DNA of 36,010 bases. It comes from a virus. Under the pieces are notes generated by a model. It was not told the DNA's origin. It did not search any database and saw only the letters and a program-made list of their open reading frames with translations. A program made the translations under genes and the position numbers. The stretch lies in the UHGV virus genome UHGV-0022223; one strand, given 5' to 3'. This document shows, piece after piece, positions 1 through 6,986 of the stretch. The first letter of the stretch is position 1. Every line of letters starts with the position of its first letter.

Positions 1-2678
1 CGTTCAATAATTTCCCGGTGTAGCCTGGCGCGCAGGCTTTCCTGCTTAACATTCCACATGCTGATGGTTTTCAGGTCAGCACCGATACGCACGCCGTCTA
101 GGTCGATCTCAAGGTCAGGGCGCACACGAACTTCCAGTCCCGTCTCCTCGTCAAAGCCAAAGTAGCTCACCTCAACGGCGCGGCTCGGGTGGGTTAGCAG
201 CATGCCTGCGGTCGGGTGCGAGAGCAGTGCTGACTGAATTGCCTGCGCGGTGGCAAGTTGCTGGTGGGTAACCAGCACTTTCCCTTCCGGGTTGTTGCGC
301 CACGCATCGAGCAGCTCGTCGGCGAACACTGCATCTGGTTTGACTGCCTTCACGGCCTGAATCAGATCGGCCTTCGTGCCAGAGACTTTCAGCGGTTGCA
401 GCTTCTGAGCTTCCTGCGCGACCAGGTCAGGATTGATAATCGCAAGTTGTTCGAGTAGTGCGTCGCGGCTGCCGCTGGTTTTAATCTGCGCTGGCAGGGT
501 GGCGTTGTACTCTTTGATGCACGCCTTCATTGCTGTTGCTGTCTTCTTCTGATCTGCATCGATACGTTGGAATTCAGCTGGCAGCGCCATATAGTTCTGC
601 GCCGTTTCATCCAGGCTAGCGCCCAGCGGCACCAGCGCTGGCAGGGTGGCGTTGTATTCATCCAGCAAAGCTTTGATATCGTCTGCGCTCAGTTGCGCTG
701 GCAGGCTGGCGTTGTACTCATCAATAAACGCGCGGATCGTTGCCGTGGTGGTAAATGCACCTTCCGGAATTACGGGTTCAACGCTAAATTCTTCATCGAG
801 CTGTTCTGGCTGCAACGCCAGCGCATGTACCAGGTTTCCCATGTCCAGCACTGAGGAGCGCTCTTTGACGATGGTTTTCTCAACGTGGCGCGCATTGAAG
901 TACATCAGCGAAACGCGCGCATCTTTTACCTGGGTGGAACTGATGCCGTTGGCAGCGTGGTAAACCTCGTTCGGCAGACCTTCATAGCGGCCCGGTTCGA
1001 AATAGGCAGGGTATTCCGGCGTGCTGGCGATTTCCTCCGGTGCTTCGGTGGTCATTTCCGGCTGTGAGTCGTTCGCCAGCTCCGGCGCCACGGCAGCCAG
1101 AACCTCAGCCGGGGTCAGGGAAGCTGTTTGCGGATCAGCTGCATCAGAGCTTTCGCCTGGTGGAACCGTGTTACCAGTTTCTCCTTCCGCCGGGTCAGTC
1201 TCTTCCATCTGCACATCGCTGGTGGTCTCCTCTGTAACCGGTGAACGGTCATCTGTTTGTGGTTGTTTTTCGCTCATCAGGCCATCAATGGAGAACATGC
1301 CGCCGCCGAGGTTAGCGACCTGAGGCTGGCTATCAGTGGAGGTTGCTTCAATGTTTGCTGGGTGAAGCCTTTCATCAGCAGCGCGCTGGCGCATCAGATC
1401 CACAACAGAAAGCGCAGGTTCAGGTCGTTTTTGTTCACCGGCGTTCAACTCGCCATGAAACTCTTCCAACACTTCATCAACCTTCTGCCATGCCGCATCT
1501 ACCATTTCCTGGGTAACTACTTCCTGCTTATGCTCGCTATTGCCATAAATAGGCAGCAACTCAGTCGCAGCATTAAATTCAGCCGTCATCGTCTGGTTTA
1601 CGAACTCCAGATGAGCAACCGGCGTTAGGTGGATATTCTCAGGCGCGATGCGCACCAGGTTGAAGATGGCCGCGCGGTTAACAGCCAGAACGCCGGGCTG
1701 GTTGCGCAGGATTTTGCTCCATGATTTCCATGGTTCTTCTTTGTTCGCGACAATCTCCTTGGCGCGGCGGTGGATGCTGCCCGGGATTTCCAGATGGTTG
1801 AAGTCCATAGGCAGAAGGGCACATGCAATCTCTAAATCGAGAGTGTCAAGGGTATGGTATGCATCAGGTCCACGGTCAGTGACGTAACCGCCGTTGGCAT
1901 TGGTTCCGGAATCAGTACGCTGAACACTACTGATGTGATTACCGGCAGCCCATTCACGCGCCAGGATGCCACGGTCAATGTAATCAGTCGCCGCCCACAT
2001 TCTGGTGAAACGGAGTACCAGCGCGAGTTCGTGACGCTTGTCCTGGCTGAACACTTTGCGAATGGCATCGGTGTAGCGCCACAGGTCTTTGGTGTCGTAA
2101 CCCTTCACTTCCGGGCAGTTCTCAGCAGCTAACAGCAAGTTCTGGACGTAACTGTTATCAGTGTCCATCTCCAGCGCGCCGATAGCTTCGTACTCTTCGC
2201 GGGTTACGTGGTGGCGCAGTTCGTCGGCGGTGAACTGGGAAAGCAGTTGCTTACGAAACGGCATCTGCACTACCGGGTAGAGGGTTGAGTCGTCGTCGTG
2301 TTCGTCCAGCGTGATGCCAGCGGTTTCTGGCAGCGTTGACTCAGTAGTTATGTGACTATCAACGGTCTGAGCCGTTTTCTCGTCAGAGTTTTCAGCTGTG
2401 ACTTTTGGCAGCCAGGTGCGGTCATCGTTCTGCAGTTCGTAGCGTTTGCACCAGGTGTAATCCACTGCGCCTTCTTCCGGCAGGTCGTCATATACCGGGA
2501 AATCGGTGCGGATTGGTTTGGCATAATCTTTACCGCGGCCAGTTTCTTCAATTCCGGCTTCTTCCAGTGCCACATCGAGTTGGAGATTGGCGCGCGCTAC
2601 ACTTTTCGCAGTGAACCAAATCACTGCATCTTTCTTGCCAGACTTCTGACTGGCTTTTATCAGATGGAAAAATTCCAT
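1..2678 (-). CDS. recE: RecE-like exodeoxyribonuclease VIII (partial; C-terminal part lies beyond window start)
   Basis: Uninterrupted minus-strand frame from ATG at 2678 (RBS AAGAGGA upstream) to the window edge; absent from the ORF track because truncated. N-terminal DFPVYDDLPEEGAVDYTW and TDYIDRG...RTDSGTNANGGYVTDRG blocks resemble Rac RecE from memory. Confidence 0.7.
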   Translation of the reverse strand, partial: MEFFHLIKASQKSGKKDAVIWFTAKSVARANLQLDVALEEAGIEETGRGKDYAKPIRTDFPVYDDLPEEGAVDYTWCKRYELQNDDRTWLPKVTAENSDEKTAQTVDSHITTESTLPETAGITLDEHDDDSTLYPVVQMPFRKQLLSQFTADELRHHVTREEYEAIGALEMDTDNSYVQNLLLAAENCPEVKGYDTKDLWRYTDAIRKVFSQDKRHELALVLRFTRMWAATDYIDRGILAREWAAGNHISSVQRTDSGTNANGGYVTDRGPDAYHTLDTLDLEIACALLPMDFNHLEIPGSIHRRAKEIVANKEEPWKSWSKILRNQPGVLAVNRAAIFNLVRIAPENIHLTPVAHLEFVNQTMTAEFNAATELLPIYGNSEHKQEVVTQEMVDAAWQKVDEVLEEFHGELNAGEQKRPEPALSVVDLMRQRAADERLHPANIEATSTDSQPQVANLGGGMFSIDGLMSEKQPQTDDRSPVTEETTSDVQMEETDPAEGETGNTVPPGESSDAADPQTASLTPAEVLAAVAPELANDSQPEMTTEAPEEIASTPEYPAYFEPGRYEGLPNEVYHAANGISSTQVKDARVSLMYFNARHVEKTIVKERSSVLDMGNLVHALALQPEQLDEEFSVEPVIPEGAFTTTATIRAFIDEYNASLPAQLSADDIKALLDEYNATLPALVPLGASLDETAQNYMALPAEFQRIDADQKKTATAMKACIKEYNATLPAQIKTSGSRDALLEQLAIINPDLVAQEAQKLQPLKVSGTKADLIQAVKAVKPDAVFADELLDAWRNNPEGKVLVTHQQLATAQAIQSALLSHPTAGMLLTHPSRAVEVSYFGFDEETGLEVRVRPDLEIDLDGVRIGADLKTISMWNVKQESLRARLHREIIE
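488..719 (-). repeat. Three near-identical 25-bp intragenic direct repeats (488-512, 635-659, 695-719) inside recE-like gene
   Basis: GCGCTGGCAGG(G/C)TGGCGTTGTA(C/T)TC occurs three times; encodes a repeated EYNA(S/T)LPA peptide in the minus-strand frame. Confidence 0.8.
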
Positions 2679-2816
2679 GTGAGATCCTCTTTTTTGAGTG
2701 TTAGAATCCCCGGGCCAGAGATAGCGCCCATTGGATGTTTTTTGGTTTGGTATAAATTCCGGTGTAACTTTGGTCGGTGGCACCGGACGTAGACCCCGCC
2801 TTGCGCGGGTTTTACG

Positions 2817-2981
2817 TTAGGCTTCGTGGGCCATCTGGTCGTACGAAGCGCAACGCACAGAACAGTAATCACGTTGTTCGCGCGCCAGCTGGGCGCCGCT
2901 GATGAAGAGCAGTACGTTTTTAACTTCTTTCCCTGACTCGATAGGTTTGCGGCAGTACGCGCATTTCTTTGAGTTACACAT
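2817..2981 (-). CDS. Small zinc-ribbon protein (CxxC...C..C), YdaE-like
   Basis: Track ORF 2817..3026; internal ATG at 2981 has RBS AAGGGGA and overlaps the upstream stop (ATGTGTAA). Four Cys in about 54 aa; position between kil-like ORF and recE matches Rac ydaE. Confidence 0.45.
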   Translation of the reverse strand: MCNSKKCAYCRKPIESGKEVKNVLLFISGAQLAREQRDYCSVRCASYDQMAHEA

Positions 2982-3090
2982 CAGGATTCCCCTTCTGTGC
3001 CAGCAGATAACAGAGGCGGCGAACAAACACTTCTGCCCAGTTCAGTTTTACGGCCTGCTGCCGGGTTGGTCTTCTGGCAAAATCAATCAT
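2974..3090 (-). CDS. Small early protein (possible Kil-like), hypothetical
   Basis: Track ORF 2974..3156 begins at GTG without RBS; internal ATG at 3090 (MIDFARRP...) has a strong RBS AAGGAGA. Confidence 0.35.
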   Translation of the reverse strand: MIDFARRPTRQQAVKLNWAEVFVRRLCYLLAQKGNPDV

Positions 3091-3176
3091 ATTGATCTCC
3101 TTGTTATGCCTGTCTTTTATCCACTTCAGGCTCGGTGGTATGCTGGTAGTTCTCACACAGCCAGCAAGGAATAACT

Positions 3177-3470
3177 ATGAAATCAGTAACTAAGCCATGT
3201 CCTATTTGTGGTGAAGGCGCTTTGTCTTTTAACCAGACAAATCAGTTGGTTAACATCAAAGTAAATCCACCAACTATTCGTGAAGTTCCATCAGTGGTTT
3301 ATGTTTGCGATACACACGGATGGTTTTCACTTTCAGAACAGATAAACAGCCTCGTTACATCAACAGACGACCCTGTGGCTAAACAAAAATTGGCAGTTAT
3401 CGTCAAAGAGCGATATGTGCCGGAACATGATCAGCCGTTAGCTCTGAAACCTATTGAGTCGCTCGCATAA
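3177..3470 (+). CDS. Hypothetical zinc-ribbon protein (CPICG...C..H), AT-rich, opposite orientation inside leftward early operon
   Basis: 97-aa ORF with RBS AAGGA; visibly lower GC than flanks; converges on and overlaps the 3451..3720 gene by 20 bp. Confidence 0.5.
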   Translation: MKSVTKPCPICGEGALSFNQTNQLVNIKVNPPTIREVPSVVYVCDTHGWFSLSEQINSLVTSTDDPVAKQKLAVIVKERYVPEHDQPLALKPIESLA

Positions 3471-3720
3471 GGTCTTTTCGGCTCTCACTGCGATATCCCA
3501 GGCGGTACATTTTCACGTAGGCTTTGCCACGAGGAATGCCGCCTGTTTTGTTGAATCTCTGCTGGGCGCGACGATGGTGTTTTGCTTCAGGGCTGTTTGA
3601 TCCTTTCCCGCCATCCGACCGCGAACTCGGGAGTTGCATTGGCTTTTGGCGTGAATCGAATTTACGTGCCCAGCACGCTCCAAAGCCGATCATTCCTGTT
3701 TTCTTCGTATTACCTTTCAT
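3451..3720 (-). CDS. Small basic protein, first gene downstream of PL-like promoter (function unknown; possible N-like regulator)
   Basis: Track ORF 3451..3765 starts at TTG; internal ATG at 3720 has RBS AAGGAG 7 nt upstream. K/R-rich 89-aa product. Confidence 0.5.
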   Translation of the reverse strand: MKGNTKKTGMIGFGACWARKFDSRQKPMQLPSSRSDGGKGSNSPEAKHHRRAQQRFNKTGGIPRGKAYVKMYRLGYRSESRKDLMRATQ

Positions 3721-3869
3721 CTCAATCTCCTTTGCCCTTGTCGCCAGGCTGGCGGAACGTTTCAAACCTACTGCGCGTTAATCTCACCACCTCATTCCGG
3801 TCTTCGTATGCCCCGGACGGCTACTTCGTGGGCTCCATGCCTGGGTGGTTCGTGGTGCGTCTTGGTGAT

Positions 3870-3945
3870 TGCATATTAAGCCTGAGACTTAAATCATGTC
3901 AAGCTCCAGGCGAAATGTGATTGTAAGTTTCAGGCTTAATCGTGA
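3870..3945 (-). promoter_or_regulatory. OL/PL-like region: leftward promoter with repressor operator sites
   Basis: Minus strand reads TTGACA (plus 3897-3902), 18-bp spacer, TAATAT; operator-like 17-mers TTAAGCCTGAGACTTAA (3876-3892) and TAAGTTTCAGGCTTAAT (3924-3940) match those beside the repressor gene. Confidence 0.55.
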
Positions 3946-3964
3946 TGTTCACCGAATTGCAGGC

Positions 3965-3998
3965 AAAAAAAATCCCGACGCTAAGGTCGAGATCGGGG
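3965..3998 (-). terminator. Rho-independent terminator (minus strand) upstream of PL
   Basis: Stem TCCCGA (3973-3978) / TCGGGG (3993-3998), followed on the minus strand by an 8-nt U tract (plus A8 at 3965-3972). Confidence 0.5.
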
Positions 3999-4043
3999 AC
4001 TTCGTGGCTGGGTGTTGGCGGCTGAGATGGTGGGTGAGGGTGT

Positions 4044-4073
4044 AAAAAACCCGGCGCTGTGGCCGGGTTTTTT
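4044..4073. terminator. Bidirectional rho-independent terminator ending the moron operon
   Basis: A6, then CCCGGC-gctgtg-GCCGGG, then T6; sits just after the stop of the 34-aa ORF on the minus strand. Confidence 0.7.
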
Positions 4074-4075
4074 CA

Positions 4076-4180
4076 TTACTGCTGGTTAAATCCTTTCGGC
4101 GAGTGCTGCTGTTCTTTATTACCAAATTTTTGATTTACAATGATTTTATAAGCGTTATTGAGAGCTTGCTTTATAGACAT
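4076..4180 (-). CDS. Small 34-aa basic peptide (MSIKQALNNAYKIIVNQKFGNKEQQHSPKGFNQQ), coupled to upstream 434-aa gene
   Basis: ATG at 4180 with RBS AAGGAG 6 nt upstream, 17 nt after the 434-aa gene stop; stop followed directly by the terminator. Below the track length cutoff. Confidence 0.45.
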   Translation of the reverse strand: MSIKQALNNAYKIIVNQKFGNKEQQHSPKGFNQQ

Positions 4181-4197
4181 TAATATCTCCTTATGTG

Positions 4198-5502
4198 TTA
4201 TTGACGATTAAAGTAGTTAGAGTTTAGCTCTTTAGGGAAGTAGTGTTTACGATTTACCCAAACAAATCCATCAACTTTTGATATCACAGCGACATCAACA
4301 GGCCCACCGACAGTTTCATAATCATGTGATACTTTTCTTTTGAATGCAGTGATGTTCACTAATGATTCGGCCATATACGCAAGATCTGCCTTCCCAAGTG
4401 ATTGCAACATCGATATCATTTTATTTGTATGGTTATTAACAATATAGCTTTCAAGTTTAGTATCGTGATCTTGTAAAAGTACGTTTTTGAGTTCCTCAAT
4501 TTCACTGGAGAAGTGATTGGCTAGTACTCCATTGTTCATTGCAGGGAAAATATTGCTAGAAACATAATGATTAAGCCGATCAAAAACTTCCTCTGTAAGA
4601 GTTCTGTTAAAATTAATGATGTTAGGGTTGCACCCATCAATGAAAGTTACTACTTCATCTTCTTGAGCAAATGGTATAACAAACCCCATATTGGTTACCT
4701 CATTATGGGATTTCTCATCAATATTATGGATCATCAATTTGTTTTTAAAAATGCCGTAGATATGAAGAGTGCAAATGGAAGGGTAATATTCTTCCTCTCC
4801 ATAACCTGTTATAACAATCCCTGAATATGTACGACTAGCATGGACTTTGAAAATTAAACAAGTGGAATATAATATGACTTTTTCCATAAGCTCTTGCTGT
4901 ATATTTTCACAGTTATCAAGAACAATAATTGATGAAATGTATGGCGATATTAAATCTTGTATATATGCTAAAGCATCATTAAACTCTTCTGTATCAAACC
5001 CTTCGAAAAAGAGATTATTCCTTAAGATTCCTATCTCTAAATCAAAGGCTTGCTTAACTATGTTTTGAAAAATAACATTGTCGAGTTCAACGGCGGGGTT
5101 CATTGTTAAATAGTTTACTACATTATTATCATTAATGTATCTCATCAAACCTTTGAGGTTATCAACAACAAGGTTTATAACGCAAGCCTCTCTCATTTCA
5201 TTTGTTATAAGGTCTGAGTTACCATTGATGAATTTTACAAAGTCATTAACATATTCTTTAATGGTAGGGAAACTAGTTTTCCCCAATTGTTTTCTATAGG
5301 ATTTAATTATAAGTTCCCACGGTGCGCCACCCAGTGTCGCATTATTATAAATCATGATCCCCACGGGATGGTGTTTAGATAGTTCGAATAGTTTTTCCGC
5401 ACTATTATTTATTTTTACTAATCTATTATGCTCTGTGGTGACTGCAGAGTCAGCAGCAAGGGCGATTCCAGTATTATTTATTACAACAATCTCAGCTGTC
5501 AT
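4198..5502 (-). CDS. 434-aa protein with proteasome-beta/HslV-like Ntn-hydrolase sequence blocks and a large internal insertion; AT-rich moron
   Basis: Long ORF in strongly AT-rich DNA. Starts MTAEIVVINNTGIALAADSAVT...KLF (Thr after Met, Asp about 16 residues later, Lys before LF), has a TGYGEEE block, and ends GGPVDVAVISKVDGFV, which closely resembles the proteasome beta C-terminal strand recalled from memory. Confidence 0.8.
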   Translation of the reverse strand: MTAEIVVINNTGIALAADSAVTTEHNRLVKINNSAEKLFELSKHHPVGIMIYNNATLGGAPWELIIKSYRKQLGKTSFPTIKEYVNDFVKFINGNSDLITNEMREACVINLVVDNLKGLMRYINDNNVVNYLTMNPAVELDNVIFQNIVKQAFDLEIGILRNNLFFEGFDTEEFNDALAYIQDLISPYISSIIVLDNCENIQQELMEKVILYSTCLIFKVHASRTYSGIVITGYGEEEYYPSICTLHIYGIFKNKLMIHNIDEKSHNEVTNMGFVIPFAQEDEVVTFIDGCNPNIINFNRTLTEEVFDRLNHYVSSNIFPAMNNGVLANHFSSEIEELKNVLLQDHDTKLESYIVNNHTNKMISMLQSLGKADLAYMAESLVNITAFKRKVSHDYETVGGPVDVAVISKVDGFVWVNRKHYFPKELNSNYFNRQ

Positions 5503-5526
5503 TGCAAAACATCCCGTGTAGTAGTG

Positions 5527-5560
5527 ATAAATATTAATTAAATTGATAGTTTTTCAATCT
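5527..5560 (-). promoter_or_regulatory. Candidate promoter for the moron operon
   Basis: Minus strand reads TTGAAA (plus 5552-5557) followed 15-18 nt later by an AT-rich -10 candidate (TAATAT/TATTTA); weak RBS. Alternatively read through from the repressor gene. Confidence 0.25.
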
Positions 5561-5641
5561 AACATAAATGGCGGAATCACCCCCCAGTAAAGACATCATT
5601 GTCTCATGGGAACTAAAAATTCAGGACAAACCTAAAGCGAT

Positions 5642-6028
5642 TCAGTCCCCCTGCGAGCGAATCCGCCCCTTCATGTACTTCTCATACAGCTCATCCAGTT
5701 CCTTAAGACGTATCGAAAAGATGCGGAGCATGTTCTGTTGCTCTTCTTCTGGCAGCTGGCGGTAGAGCTCAAGCAGGCGCTGTTCGTCCGGCTTAAGTCC
5801 GTCCTTCTCGCCGACATCCTCACCGAGTAACCAAGGCACAGACACGCCAGCTGCGTCAGCGACAGCGAGAGCTGATTTCTTGCTGATCACGCCTTTTTTA
5901 AACCAGCCGTTCACAGACTGCGGGGTTACCCCAGCAACCCTGGCCATATCGGATTTGGTCATACCGCGCCCGTTCAGCTCTGAAAGGCGTTCGACAAGTA
6001 TCGGATTAAGTACGGTTTTCTCTTTCAT
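5642..6028 (-). CDS. Prophage repressor, HTH XRE family, DicA/RacR-like (no S24 peptidase domain)
   Basis: 128 aa; N-terminal HTH (MTKSDMARVAGVTPQSVNGWF) and a C-terminal LLELYRQLPEEEQ segment resembling DicA from memory; divergent from a Cro-like gene with operators between them. Confidence 0.75.
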   Translation of the reverse strand: MKEKTVLNPILVERLSELNGRGMTKSDMARVAGVTPQSVNGWFKKGVISKKSALAVADAAGVSVPWLLGEDVGEKDGLKPDEQRLLELYRQLPEEEQQNMLRIFSIRLKELDELYEKYMKGRIRSQGD

Positions 6029-6132
6029 GGTTAGAAGAATAAGCCTTTTGCTTAAATTTGAAAATTCGCCTCAGGCTTGACAATAAATTAAGTCTCAGGC
6101 TTAATTTGATTGTATTCAAATCGGAGACAACG
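6029..6132. promoter_or_regulatory. OR-like region: divergent PR/PRM-type promoters with three operator sites
   Basis: Operator-like sites at 6040-6055 (TAAGCCTTTTGCTTAA), 6068-6080 (GCCTCAGGCTTGA) and 6088-6104 (TTAAGTCTCAGGCTTAA); TTGACA at 6077-6082 gives a rightward promoter. Confidence 0.6.
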
Positions 6133-6351
6133 ATGAACGGGTTAACGAAAGCCATTAAGTCCGCTGGCACTGCAACAAATCTCGCAACCATGCTGGGCAT
6201 CAAGCCGATGTCGGTCAGCCGCTGGAAAAACCGGTACCAGGGCGTGGTGCCTGCTGATCGGGTCCTTCAAATCTACGCGGCTACCGGCGTAACTCCACAC
6301 GAGCTGCGCCCTGATCTCTATCCAAACCCAAGTGACGGTTTACCAAAGTAA
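6133..6351 (+). CDS. Cro-like / YdaS-family HTH regulator
   Basis: Internal ATG of track ORF 6058..6351 with RBS GGAGA; 73 aa with HTH (TATNLATMLGIKPMSVSRW); divergent from the repressor. Confidence 0.7.
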   Translation: MNGLTKAIKSAGTATNLATMLGIKPMSVSRWKNRYQGVVPADRVLQIYAATGVTPHELRPDLYPNPSDGLPK

Positions 6352-6362
6352 GGAATGTAACT

Positions 6363-6902
6363 ATGCAATCACTTACGTATCAACAGAGTAACGGGTTCAT
6401 TTCAGCAGCGCTGATAAATCGCGCTCAACCAAAACCGGGCGTCAGTTGTGGTGCCCTCCGTGATGCTGTTCGCGCCTGGTCAGCAGTAGCCGGGCAGGAC
6501 GTTGTAACGGCCCTGATCGTTGAAGAGTGGCACCGGATAGGTGGCGAAGGTATCGACTTTCCGGCAGATCACAGCCGTGCCCGGCAGAAGCTGTTCCGCT
6601 TCTTGGATAACCATTTCAACAGCGAACGGTACCGCGAGAACGTCCGCCAGCTGACGCCGGCAATCCTCGCTGTCCTGCCGATTGAATACCGCAATCGTCT
6701 GCTACCAGAAGACAACGTAATGGCTCGTCTGGCAAGGCTGGAGAAGGAAACCAGCGAAGCGAAGATTGCTGTCGCAATGGATGCGCCACGTCATCAGAAG
6801 CTGAAAGAGTTGAGCGAGGGGATCGTGGAGATGTATCGCGTTGACCCTGGGTTAACCGGTCCGTTGATGGAAATGGTGCAGATTATGCTGGGGGCTATAT
6901 GA
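6363..6902 (+). CDS. YdaT-like / CII-position regulator (hypothetical)
   Basis: 179-aa ORF with RBS AAGGAA directly after the cro-like gene; position matches Rac ydaT. Confidence 0.5.
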   Translation: MQSLTYQQSNGFISAALINRAQPKPGVSCGALRDAVRAWSAVAGQDVVTALIVEEWHRIGGEGIDFPADHSRARQKLFRFLDNHFNSERYRENVRQLTPAILAVLPIEYRNRLLPEDNVMARLARLEKETSEAKIAVAMDAPRHQKLKELSEGIVEMYRVDPGLTGPLMEMVQIMLGAI

Positions 6903-6986
6903 CCGGTTCAAAAATGGCGAAAGCCGCGGTGCTCGAACACCAACGGCTTTCAGGTGCAAAAACAGTGCGTAATTGCGGAGAACAGT

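Noticed and set aside
2352-2872. ORFs 2352..2792 (+) and 2660..2872 (-) around the recE start
   Set aside because: They overlap the recE-like coding frame or its RBS region; the long uninterrupted minus frame with a strong RBS is the better model.
6920-6950. Hairpin AAAGCCG ... CGGCTTT between the ydaT-like gene and O (possible OOP-like antisense RNA terminator)
   Set aside because: 17-nt loop and only a short interrupted T run on either strand; too weak to call.
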